Shown: piece after piece, positions 8,506 to 16,458 of the stretch
Numbering within the stretch: position 1 is the first letter of the stretch
Layout of the letters: each line of letters begins with the position of its first letter
Origin: Oscillospiraceae bacterium
GTDB lineage: Bacteria > Bacillota > Clostridia > Oscillospirales > Ruminococcaceae
Reading direction: 5' to 3'
Assembly (NCBI GenBank): GCA_017483465.1
Contig: JAFUWN010000062.1
Location: 10,085 to 74,084 of the forward strand
Length of the DNA stretch: 64,000 nt
Program-made: the position numbers and the translations under genes
Notes under the pieces: generated by a model
What the model saw: the letters and a program-made list of their open reading frames with translations, nothing else
What the model was told of the DNA's origin: nothing
The model's database searches: none

Positions 8506-8534
8506 ATTATAGCATAGTTTTCTGAAAAAAGCAA
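8506..8534 (-). promoter_or_regulatory. Sigma-A promoter of the 74-aa gene
   Basis: Minus strand TTGCTT-17-TATAAT with TGC extension. Confidence 0.55.
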
Positions 8535-8634
8535 GAGAATTCGTGCAAAATATTGTTATTTTTTTGTCAATCAGAAAATAATTTGCATAAAGTGCTGAAT
8601 TTCATAAATTTTACAGAAATTTCTTAAAAATAAC

Positions 8635-8663
8635 TTGCATCTGTCACATGTCTGTGATAAAAT
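8635..8663 (+). promoter_or_regulatory. Candidate sigma-A promoter of pyk
   Basis: TTGCAT-17-TAAAAT with a TGA extension. Alternative -10 boxes exist at 8664-8669 and 8705-8710, so the assignment is uncertain. Confidence 0.4.
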
Positions 8664-8713
8664 TATAATGGCATAAAATTTTGAAACTGCCAGAAACGGA
8701 GCTGTATAATATT

Positions 8714-10144
8714 ATGAGTATGAGTAAAAGAAAAACAAAGATCGTCTGCACTATAGGGCCTGCGACTGATAAAGACGGGGTTCTCCGGGAAATGATGCTT
8801 GCCGGCATGAATGTCGCAAGATTCAATTTCTCTCACGGAGATTATGCAACACATAAGCAGAGATTCGAGCAGATTATTAAACTTCGTGAAGAACTCGGCC
8901 TGCCAATCGCTACCATGCTGGATACCAAAGGGCCGGAAGTCCGCCTCAGAAAATTTGTGGATAATAAGCCTGTCGAAATCCATGACGGCGATCTGTATAC
9001 ACTGACTACCAATGATGTGCCGTGTACTGCCGAAACCGGAAGCGTGACGTTTAAAAATCTGCCGCAGGATGTCAGTGTCGGAACAAGAATTCTGATCAAT
9101 GACGGTGTGATTGAACTCGTTGCTGAAAAAATTACCAGAACAGATGTAATCTGCCGTGTGATTCATGGGGGAGTGCTCTCCAATAACAAGGGCATTAACG
9201 TACCCGGTGTCCGGCTTTCTATGCCGTATCTGAGCGATGCGGATATGAATGATCTCGAATTCGGTGCAAAAATGGGCTATGATTTTATTGCAGCAAGCTT
9301 TGTGCGTTCGGCAGCAGATATTAATTATCTGAGAAGATTCACAGAAAGTCTGGGCTGGTTCAATGTCCGGATTATTGCCAAAATTGAAAATCTTGACGGT
9401 GTGCATAATATTGACGAGATTCTAGAAGCCGCTGACGGTATCATGGTCGCAAGAGGCGATATGGGCGTAGAAATCCCGTTTGAGCAGATTCCCGCTATTC
9501 AGAAACAGCTGATTCAGAAAGGCTATAATGCCGGCAAACAGGTCATTACTGCCACACAGATGCTCGAATCAATGATTAATAATCCCCGGCCGACCCGTGC
9601 CGAAATTACTGACGTTGCCAATGCCATCTATGACGGTACAAGTGCAATCATGCTCTCCGGTGAGACCGCTGCCGGTCAGTTCCCTGTAGATGTTGTCCGC
9701 ACAATGGATTTGATCGCCTCTACTACAGAGGGGAATATTGATTATAAACATGAATTTGCCGCCCGGAAAGAAAATGACAATGTTTCGATTGATGAGGGTA
9801 TCGCTCATGCGGCTGTGACAACGGCTCATGATCTGAATGCCAAGGCTATTATCGCCGTTACCAAGCGAGGCAAGACAGCAAGATTAATCTCGAAATTCCG
9901 GCCGTCTGTGCCGATTCTCGGCTGTACGACAGATGAGGACAATCAGCGTAAAATGAATATGAGCTGGGGTGTGACACCGTTTGTGATTGATGAAGAAGAC
10001 AATACAGACACACTGTTTGCAAAAGCTGTTGCTGCTGCCAAGGCTCACGGCTATGTACAGGAAGGCGATCTGGTTGTTATTACCGCAGGTGTACCGCTCG
10101 GTATTTCCGGCATGACCAATCTGATGAAAGTAGAAAAAATTTAA
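8714..10144 (+). CDS. pyk: Pyruvate kinase
   Basis: KTKIVCTIGPAT, MNVARFNFSHG, IIAKIEN, MVARGDMGVEIP and TQMLESM motifs. Start at ATG 8714; the track start at 8681 is a TTG with no RBS. Confidence 0.95.
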   Translation: MSMSKRKTKIVCTIGPATDKDGVLREMMLAGMNVARFNFSHGDYATHKQRFEQIIKLREELGLPIATMLDTKGPEVRLRKFVDNKPVEIHDGDLYTLTTNDVPCTAETGSVTFKNLPQDVSVGTRILINDGVIELVAEKITRTDVICRVIHGGVLSNNKGINVPGVRLSMPYLSDADMNDLEFGAKMGYDFIAASFVRSAADINYLRRFTESLGWFNVRIIAKIENLDGVHNIDEILEAADGIMVARGDMGVEIPFEQIPAIQKQLIQKGYNAGKQVITATQMLESMINNPRPTRAEITDVANAIYDGTSAIMLSGETAAGQFPVDVVRTMDLIASTTEGNIDYKHEFAARKENDNVSIDEGIAHAAVTTAHDLNAKAIIAVTKRGKTARLISKFRPSVPILGCTTDEDNQRKMNMSWGVTPFVIDEEDNTDTLFAKAVAAAKAHGYVQEGDLVVITAGVPLGISGMTNLMKVEKI

Positions 10145-10155
10145 TCCATACCAAC

Positions 10156-10193
10156 AAAAAGCCCTGACAGAAACCTGTCAGGGCTTTGCATTT
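10156..10193. terminator. Bidirectional terminator between convergent pyk and ispH-S1
   Basis: Hairpin AGCCCTGACAG-aaac-CTGTCAGGGCT flanked by an A-run upstream and T-rich sequence downstream. Confidence 0.7.
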
Positions 10194-10207
10194 ATACTGA
10201 TAAATTC

Positions 10208-12172
10208 TCAGTCTTCATCATCATATTCAGCATCATCATCTGCAGCGTCAAGCAGTTCTCTCATGGAAATAGAGATTCTCTTGTTATCCAGATCAATGCC
10301 GATGATCTTTACCTGTACTTCGTCACCGACAGAAACAACATCCTTGACGTTTTCTACACGGCGGTCAGCCAGCTGGGAAATATGAATCAGGCCGTCAACA
10401 CCCTCGATGATCTGTGCAAATGCACCGAAAGAGGTGATAGATACGATCTTGGCAGTAACCACATCGCCGATCTCGTAATTTGCCTTGAACTGTTCCCACG
10501 GGTTGTCCTCAGCTTTCTTGTAGCCCAGAGAAATTCTCTGCTTGTCAGGATCCAGATCTTTGATGTAAACTTTCAGTACATCACCGACAGAAACCACCTG
10601 GCTCGGGTGCTTGATTCTGTTCCAGGACAGTTCAGAAATATGCACCATACCGTCAATGCCGCCGAGGTCTACAAATGCACCGTAGCTTGTCAGAGACTTT
10701 ACTTCGCCTTCGTATTCCTTGCCGATTTCGGCATTCTTCCAGAATTCAGCCTTAGCAGCTTCTTTTTCCTGACGGGATACAAATCTGATAGAGCCGACAG
10801 CACTCTTCTTGCGTTCCGGAGCTTCCAGAATCACAAATTTTACAGTCTGGCCTTTCAGTTCGTCCAGAGAAGCTTCACGGGGCAGACCGGTCTGAGAAGC
10901 CGGAATGAAAATGCGTACACCTTCGTAATATACGTTTACGCCGCCCTTGACTACATTGGTCACAACAGCTTCCAGAATTGTGCCTTCTTCTTTTGCCTTG
11001 ATGACTTTATCGACACCGGCCTGTTCGTCAACTCTCTTTTTGGAAAGTGTGACAATACCGTCCTGGTCGCTGACTTTGATCACAATCAGGTCAATTTCGT
11101 CGCCGACTTTTACAATATCTTCTGCTTTTTTTGTCGGGTCGCTGGAGAGTTCACCAGAGGGAACAGTACCGGTCTGCTTTACGCCGACATCAACGATCAC
11201 TTCGCCATTGCTTGCAATAGACATGACAGTGCCCTTTACTCTGTCTCCGTTCTTTAATTTTTTGAAAGTTTCATCGATAGCCTGAGCAAAATCGATGTCT
11301 TCCTCCGTTTCCGGAACTTTGTTCAGATTTTCTTCCATGGTAAAAATTACCTCCTTAATAATATGTGCCGGTGTGGAAGCTCCGGCAGTAATGCCGATCT
11401 TATCGGCATCAGACAGGTCTAAAGTGTCAAGCTCGTCCGCATTCTCAATATGATAGCTTTTACAGTGCCGTCTGCTGATGTCATAGAGTTTCACAGTATT
11501 GGAGCTGTGTTTTCCGCCGATGACAATCATGCAGTCCGATTCCGCAGCGAGGGCAGCTGCATCTGACTGTCTTTGTGCGGTTGCACTGCAAATAGTGTCG
11601 TAAACAACGATATTAAAATCTTTTTCAGGAAGGACTTTCAAACACTCTCCCCATATTATATTATTATACGTTGTTTGTGCAACAATTGCAAGCTTTTTTG
11701 AAAAATTTTTTTCCAGATTCTGAAAAAAGTCTTTCAGCACAGTTTCATCCCTGAAAACAAAATAATTTTGTTGACAATGACCAATAATGCCCTGTACTTC
11801 GGGATGTGTTTCATCACCTGCAATCAGGATAAAACTTCCGGCTGAGGTTTCATCCGCAACAATTTTATGAATACGCCGTACAAAAGGACAAGTGGCATCA
11901 ATGACAGGATTTCCCAGTGCAGCGATTTTGTCATAGACGGCTTTTTCGACACCATGCGACCGGATGGCAACAGATTCGCCGGGGTGCAGTTCGGAAACAT
12001 CCTGAATAATTCTTGCACCTTTACGCTGCATATCATTCACGACATCCTGATTATGAATAATAGGACCCAGTGTAGCGACGGGCTTATGCTGTTCCAGAGC
12101 TTTGTACACCATGTTGACGGCACGGTTGACCCCGAAACAGAATCCGGCGGATTCGGCAACCTTGATTTTTAT
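10208..12172 (-). CDS. ispH: Bifunctional 4-hydroxy-3-methylbut-2-enyl diphosphate reductase (IspH) / ribosomal protein S1-domain protein
   Basis: N-terminal IspH (KVAESAGFCFGVNRAV, TLGPIIHN, CPFV, ATAQRQ) is followed by four S1 OB-fold repeats (GxVxxxxxxGxxVDxG..G.VH.SE). The track start at 12250 is the -35 hexamer of the promoter. The alignment-consistent start is ATA at 12172, 8 nt after GAAGGCGG (see finding). Confidence 0.9.
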   Translation of the reverse strand: MKIKVAESAGFCFGVNRAVNMVYKALEQHKPVATLGPIIHNQDVVNDMQRKGARIIQDVSELHPGESVAIRSHGVEKAVYDKIAALGNPVIDATCPFVRRIHKIVADETSAGSFILIAGDETHPEVQGIIGHCQQNYFVFRDETVLKDFFQNLEKNFSKKLAIVAQTTYNNIIWGECLKVLPEKDFNIVVYDTICSATAQRQSDAAALAAESDCMIVIGGKHSSNTVKLYDISRRHCKSYHIENADELDTLDLSDADKIGITAGASTPAHIIKEVIFTMEENLNKVPETEEDIDFAQAIDETFKKLKNGDRVKGTVMSIASNGEVIVDVGVKQTGTVPSGELSSDPTKKAEDIVKVGDEIDLIVIKVSDQDGIVTLSKKRVDEQAGVDKVIKAKEEGTILEAVVTNVVKGGVNVYYEGVRIFIPASQTGLPREASLDELKGQTVKFVILEAPERKKSAVGSIRFVSRQEKEAAKAEFWKNAEIGKEYEGEVKSLTSYGAFVDLGGIDGMVHISELSWNRIKHPSQVVSVGDVLKVYIKDLDPDKQRISLGYKKAEDNPWEQFKANYEIGDVVTAKIVSITSFGAFAQIIEGVDGLIHISQLADRRVENVKDVVSVGDEVQVKIIGIDLDNKRISISMRELLDAADDDAEYDDED

Positions 12173-12221
12173 GAAAACCGCCTTCTTTCTTTGAAAATCA
12201 AAAAAAATTAAAATATAATAT

Positions 12222-12250
12222 ATTATACCATATTTTTTACGGTTTGTCAA
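12222..12250 (-). promoter_or_regulatory. Sigma-A promoter of ispH-S1
   Basis: Minus strand TTGACA-17-TATAAT (12/12 consensus, TGG extension). Confidence 0.7.
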
Positions 12251-12297
12251 GCCTGAATAGAAATTAAAATTTTTTCCTGAAAAATTTCAGAATCTTC

Positions 12298-12326
12298 TTG
12301 TATTTCTGACGGAAATATGCTATAAT
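12298..12326 (+). promoter_or_regulatory. Sigma-A promoter of the small lipoprotein gene
   Basis: TTGTAT-17-TATAAT with TGC extension, divergent from the ispH promoter. Confidence 0.5.
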
Positions 12327-12367
12327 AAACAGGAAATGAAAAATATCGACAGAGAGGATTCTTGTTT

Positions 12368-12640
12368 ATGAAAGCAAAATTATTACTGCTGGTTTCTGTT
12401 CTGGTGCTGGGAATGGCATTGACTGCCTGCGGAGACGGTCAGGAAACACAGGCCGCTGTACAGGCCGGTGTCAATGCAGAGACTCCGGAAGCCGAGACGA
12501 TTCCGATTCCTGAAGATGCAGAATTCTGGGATGCTCCTGAAACTGCTCCCATCGACATTGACCCTGATCCTGTGCCGGAAGAACCTGTGCAGGAAACAGC
12601 CGCCTATACTCCTGAAACGGCTCCGCCTGTCAATCCGTAA
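12368..12640 (+). CDS. Small secreted lipoprotein, Pro/Glu-rich (90 aa)
   Basis: Signal peptide with lipobox (LGMALTAC|GDG). The mature part is acidic, proline-rich and low-complexity. GAGAGGA RBS, with a terminator directly downstream. Confidence 0.7.
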   Translation: MKAKLLLLVSVLVLGMALTACGDGQETQAAVQAGVNAETPEAETIPIPEDAEFWDAPETAPIDIDPDPVPEEPVQETAAYTPETAPPVNP

Positions 12641-12648
12641 GACACAGA

Positions 12649-12686
12649 CTGCTGTATCAGTTTTTTCTGATACAGCAGTTTTTTAT
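12649..12686. terminator. Bidirectional terminator (lipoprotein gene / plsC)
   Basis: Perfect 12-bp hairpin CTGCTGTATCAG-tttttt-CTGATACAGCAG followed by TTTTTT; it overlaps the plsC stop codon. Confidence 0.8.
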
Positions 12687-13321
12687 TTCTCTGTTTTGGC
12701 CGGGAGTTCCGGTTCGTCTACCAGTGCTTTGATACCGTTCATAATCGGCGGCATGATTTCATTTTTCAAAGTCTTTAACAGCTCCCTGTCAGAAAGATTT
12801 TCTGTCGGAGGAAACGAATCGGCCGGAATCGGTTCACCGATTTTCACAATAATCTTACTGCGGAAATGCAGTTTTTCTCCCTCGAAATTAATACCGATCG
12901 GTACAATATCGGCATGAACTTTCGAGGCAACCAGGGCTACACCGGATTTTCCTTTTCCGACACGGCCGTCTTTGCTTCTTGTGCCTTCCGGGAAGATCAG
13001 TAAATTTTTTCCGTTCCGGATGTAATCAGCAGAAGTTTCAATCACTGACATATCTCCCGAACCTCTCTCGACCGGAAATGCACCCAGCCAGCGAATCAGA
13101 GCTGCAAAGGCCTTATTCCCCTCGAACAGTTCTTTTTTCGCCATGAAGCCAAATCTTCCATAGCCGGATAGTGCAACCAGCACCGGGTCAAGATATGTTC
13201 TGTGATTCGATACAAAAATATAGGGCTTGCCTTTCTGAATATTCTTCCGGTTCTCAAATTTCAGATTATACCAGATATGCAGGGCAATCCGCACCAGGAG
13301 CATGACAAATTTATATAACAT
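12683..13321 (-). CDS. plsC: 1-acyl-sn-glycerol-3-phosphate acyltransferase
   Basis: Acyltransferase motifs NHRTYLDP and FPEGTRS; 212 aa; downstream of cmk. Confidence 0.9.
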   Translation of the reverse strand: MLYKFVMLLVRIALHIWYNLKFENRKNIQKGKPYIFVSNHRTYLDPVLVALSGYGRFGFMAKKELFEGNKAFAALIRWLGAFPVERGSGDMSVIETSADYIRNGKNLLIFPEGTRSKDGRVGKGKSGVALVASKVHADIVPIGINFEGEKLHFRSKIIVKIGEPIPADSFPPTENLSDRELLKTLKNEIMPPIMNGIKALVDEPELPAKTEK

Positions 13322-13334
13322 GATATAACAGTCC

Positions 13335-14000
13335 TCAGTTCAGTTTTTCTCTGATCAGAGCCACAATATGTTCTTCCACTTCATGAAAGCCCATATCCGA
13401 AGAATCGACCAGAACCGCATCTTCTGCCTGACACAGGGGAGCGATCTCCCTGTGCATATCCTGATAATCACGCTGTTTCATATCTGCAAGAATTTCTTCA
13501 TAGCTTGGACAGTCCGGTTTTTCACGAAGTTCCAGATAGCGGCGGCTTGCACGTTCTTCGGCAGAAGCAGTCAGGAAAATTTTTAAATCCGCATGAGGCA
13601 GAACAACCGTTCCGATATCTCTGCCGTCCATGATAATATTATTTTCCGAAGCAATTTTTTTCTGCAAATCCAGCAGATGTTTCCGGACTGCCGGAACAGC
13701 AGATACTTTTGAAGCTGTCATAGAAACTTCCGGACTGCGGAGTGAATCTGTTACGTCCTCACCGCACAGCAGAACTCTTTGTACACCGCCGATAAATTTT
13801 AATTCGATATTAATTTTTTCAATCTGTTCTGTCAGCTGTTCCGGTTCGGTACACTGATTCCGGATTGCATACAGGGCAATGGCTCTGTATATCGCTCCGG
13901 TATCGACATGAATAAAGCCGAGTTCTTTGGCAACTGCTTTTGAAATACTGCTTTTGCCTGCTCCGCCGGGGCCGTCTATGGCAATATTGATCGTTTTCAT
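13335..14000 (-). CDS. cmk: Cytidylate kinase
   Basis: IAIDGPGGAGKSS P-loop, plus DTGAIYR and GRDIGTVV motifs. The start is ATG 14000 or 14012, and RBS spacing is not ideal for either. Confidence 0.93.
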   Translation of the reverse strand: MKTINIAIDGPGGAGKSSISKAVAKELGFIHVDTGAIYRAIALYAIRNQCTEPEQLTEQIEKINIELKFIGGVQRVLLCGEDVTDSLRSPEVSMTASKVSAVPAVRKHLLDLQKKIASENNIIMDGRDIGTVVLPHADLKIFLTASAEERASRRYLELREKPDCPSYEEILADMKQRDYQDMHREIAPLCQAEDAVLVDSSDMGFHEVEEHIVALIREKLN

Positions 14001-14043
14001 AATAAAAATCATACTCCTTTATCTAATAATCAAATACTGTTTT

Positions 14044-15252
14044 TTAAAAATGCATTGCTGCAAGATATGCTGTTGCAAATGCAATCTGCAAATTAAATCC
14101 GCCTGTATAGCCGTCGGCATCCAGAATCTCACCGGCAAAAAATAAATTCTGAATCAATTTCGATTCCATTGTTTTCGGGTTGACTTCTTTACAAGAAATC
14201 CCGCCTCTGGTAATAATGCCTTCTGCCATCGGCCGGGTGCCTCTGATTGTGAATTTGAAATTCTTGAGTTCTTCACAAATCCGCATTCTCTGCGGTTTTG
14301 TCAGACTGTGATTTTTCAGGTACGGCGATAAGCCGCATCTGCCAAGCAGGGGAGAAACCATATTCGCCGGAACTAATTTCCGGCACAGACTGACAATCTG
14401 CTGATTCGGAATTTCTGCAATTTCACGCTGGATTCTCTTGTCAAGCTGTTCCGGAGTCAGAGCCGGTTTCAGATCAATATGCACTGTATAACCGGAATCT
14501 TCCTGCATATGTGCCGAAGCCGTCAAAACTAAAGGCCCTGAAATTCCGAAATGCGTGAACAGCATTTCTCCCTGTTCTTCACAGATCATCTTATTTTTAT
14601 ATTTCAGGCTTAATTTGACATTTCTGAGAGAAATGCCCATCATTTCGGCACAGTCTCTTTCCAGTGTTTCCAGAGGCACCAGAGACGGCCGTAATTCTGT
14701 AATCGTATGTCCGGCTTGTTCTGCGATCGCATAACCGTCACCCTCCGAGCCTGTTACCGGATAGGTCGCTCCTCCGACTGCCAATACAATCTTATCTGCA
14801 TAATAGCTATCTTTTCCGCAGATCACACCTTTGCAGACCTGATTTTCTATGATCAGAGATTCTGCTCTGCCGTGAATCAGTTTTACATGCAGACGATTCA
14901 TTTCTGTATGCAGAGCTTCGACAATTTCAGCGGCCTGATCGCTTACCGGAAATACTCTGTTTCCCCGTTCGGTTTTCAGAGAGACTCCCAGATTTTCAAA
15001 ATACTGCATGACATCCTGCGGATTGCAGGCCGCAAAAGCACTGTACAGAAATCTTGCATTTCTTGGGATATTCCTGATCAGCGTTTCCGTATCACAGTTA
15101 TTTGTCAGATTACAGCGGCCTTTCCCTGTAATTCTGAGCTTTTTTCCGATCTGCTGATTTTTTTCAATTACTGTCACTTCATGTCCCAGAGCGGCGGCCT
15201 GTACGGAACAGAAACAGCCTGCTGCTCCGCCGCCGATGATGAGTATTTTCAT
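14044..15252 (-). CDS. NAD(P)/FAD-dependent oxidoreductase, HI0933/BaiN family
   Basis: MKILIIGGGAAG dinucleotide-binding N-terminus; C-terminal FFAGEILDADGYTGGFNLQ, typical of this flavoprotein family. Confidence 0.85.
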   Translation of the reverse strand: MKILIIGGGAAGCFCSVQAAALGHEVTVIEKNQQIGKKLRITGKGRCNLTNNCDTETLIRNIPRNARFLYSAFAACNPQDVMQYFENLGVSLKTERGNRVFPVSDQAAEIVEALHTEMNRLHVKLIHGRAESLIIENQVCKGVICGKDSYYADKIVLAVGGATYPVTGSEGDGYAIAEQAGHTITELRPSLVPLETLERDCAEMMGISLRNVKLSLKYKNKMICEEQGEMLFTHFGISGPLVLTASAHMQEDSGYTVHIDLKPALTPEQLDKRIQREIAEIPNQQIVSLCRKLVPANMVSPLLGRCGLSPYLKNHSLTKPQRMRICEELKNFKFTIRGTRPMAEGIITRGGISCKEVNPKTMESKLIQNLFFAGEILDADGYTGGFNLQIAFATAYLAAMHF

Positions 15253-15467
15253 GCGTTCCCCTCCAGCATTCTGCGGCGGCGTTCAGCTAAGGCCTGCCGT
15301 TTTTGTTCGGTTTCGTCATGCAGAATATGCCATGCCTCGTCTGACCATTCGAGCAGATCACCTTCCTTGAGTTCTGCGGGCAGTCTGCTTTTGTGAAAAT
15401 CAGAAAAATTTCCGTCGTGCTCTAACACGGCATATTCGCCCTCGAAACGGTCAACACTGTAAATCAT
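15249..15467 (-). CDS. DUF3006-family small protein
   Basis: 72 aa with VDRFEGEYAVLE..GDLL, typical of DUF3006. 4-nt overlap with the downstream gene, and adjacent to an MBL-fold gene as is usual. Confidence 0.7.
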   Translation of the reverse strand: MIYSVDRFEGEYAVLEHDGNFSDFHKSRLPAELKEGDLLEWSDEAWHILHDETEQKRQALAERRRRMLEGNA

Positions 15468-15470
15468 AAA

Positions 15471-16454
15471 TTATTCTAACTCCTTACCGCTTGTTACGAC
15501 ATTGCATTGCTTCGTATCTTTATCATATAAAAATACAATATCACCCTGCTGTGCTGTAATATAAATCTGATCTGTATAAGCTCCCAGATGTTCGAGCGTA
15601 CTTTCTGCCGGATGACCGTATTTATTATCCACTCCGCAGGAAATGCCCACATATTCCGGGCGTACCTGTTCTAAAAATGCCTCGCCGGAAGAAGTATCAC
15701 TTCCGTGATGACCGGCTTTCAGGAATGTCGCTTTCAGAAGCGAGTTATCCACGGTTGAGAGTATTGTTTTTTCCTCCGGTGTTTCCATATCTCCGGTGAA
15801 CAGGCATACAATATCTTCATACTGGACTCTCAATACCAGAGAAGTATTATTCAGCGTGGAAGCATGTTCCGAAACCGGAGCTAAAACTGTGACCTGTGCA
15901 TTTCCGAGCGTGAATGCCTCTCCGGTTTTGAGTGCCTTGTATTCTGCTCCTGCAGCTTCGACAGCATTAAGATAATTCTCATAAGTCTTTGTCGTGGGTA
16001 TCAGAGAATCCTGAAAAACAGGTTCCAGCATGACTTTCGGCCTGACGGCAGCAAATACTTTCGGGAATCCGCCGATATGATCAGCATGCATATGTGTGGC
16101 AACAGCATAATCAAGCGATGTAATTTCCTGAGCATTCAGATAGCCGATGATTTTATTACCTGCACTGGATTCTGCTGCATCGATCAGCATGGTATGTCCG
16201 TCTGCGGAAACCAGAATGCTGTCACCCTGTCCGACATCCATCACATGCACTTGAAATTCGGCATCCGAAACGGTAATATTCTGATTCTGGAATACTTGCA
16301 GATTCGATTCTTCCGGCTGATGTTCCGTGCTGTATTTTCCGCTGATGAGTGCGATCAGTGTCAGAATTGTAACCAGTATCGTATAAATCAGCTTATTTTT
16401 TGTATTATCCTGAGAATCTTCAGGAATATTTTTTTGATTTTTCTTTCCGGCCAT
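15471..16454 (-). CDS. Membrane-anchored MBL-fold metallo-hydrolase (ComEC C-terminal-domain-like)
   Basis: N-terminal TM helix, then HVMDVGQGDS, HMHADHIGG and GHHGS motifs. Start at ATG 16454 behind GGAGGA; the track start at 16493 lies inside ftsK. Confidence 0.85.
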   Translation of the reverse strand: MAGKKNQKNIPEDSQDNTKNKLIYTILVTILTLIALISGKYSTEHQPEESNLQVFQNQNITVSDAEFQVHVMDVGQGDSILVSADGHTMLIDAAESSAGNKIIGYLNAQEITSLDYAVATHMHADHIGGFPKVFAAVRPKVMLEPVFQDSLIPTTKTYENYLNAVEAAGAEYKALKTGEAFTLGNAQVTVLAPVSEHASTLNNTSLVLRVQYEDIVCLFTGDMETPEEKTILSTVDNSLLKATFLKAGHHGSDTSSGEAFLEQVRPEYVGISCGVDNKYGHPAESTLEHLGAYTDQIYITAQQGDIVFLYDKDTKQCNVVTSGKELE

Positions 16455-16458
16455 GCTG

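Noticed and set aside
8663-9406. 247-aa minus-strand ORF overlapping the pyk 5' half
   Set aside because: It is antisense to pyruvate kinase, which has unmistakable motifs. Its product is Cys/His/Ile-rich with no domain signature.
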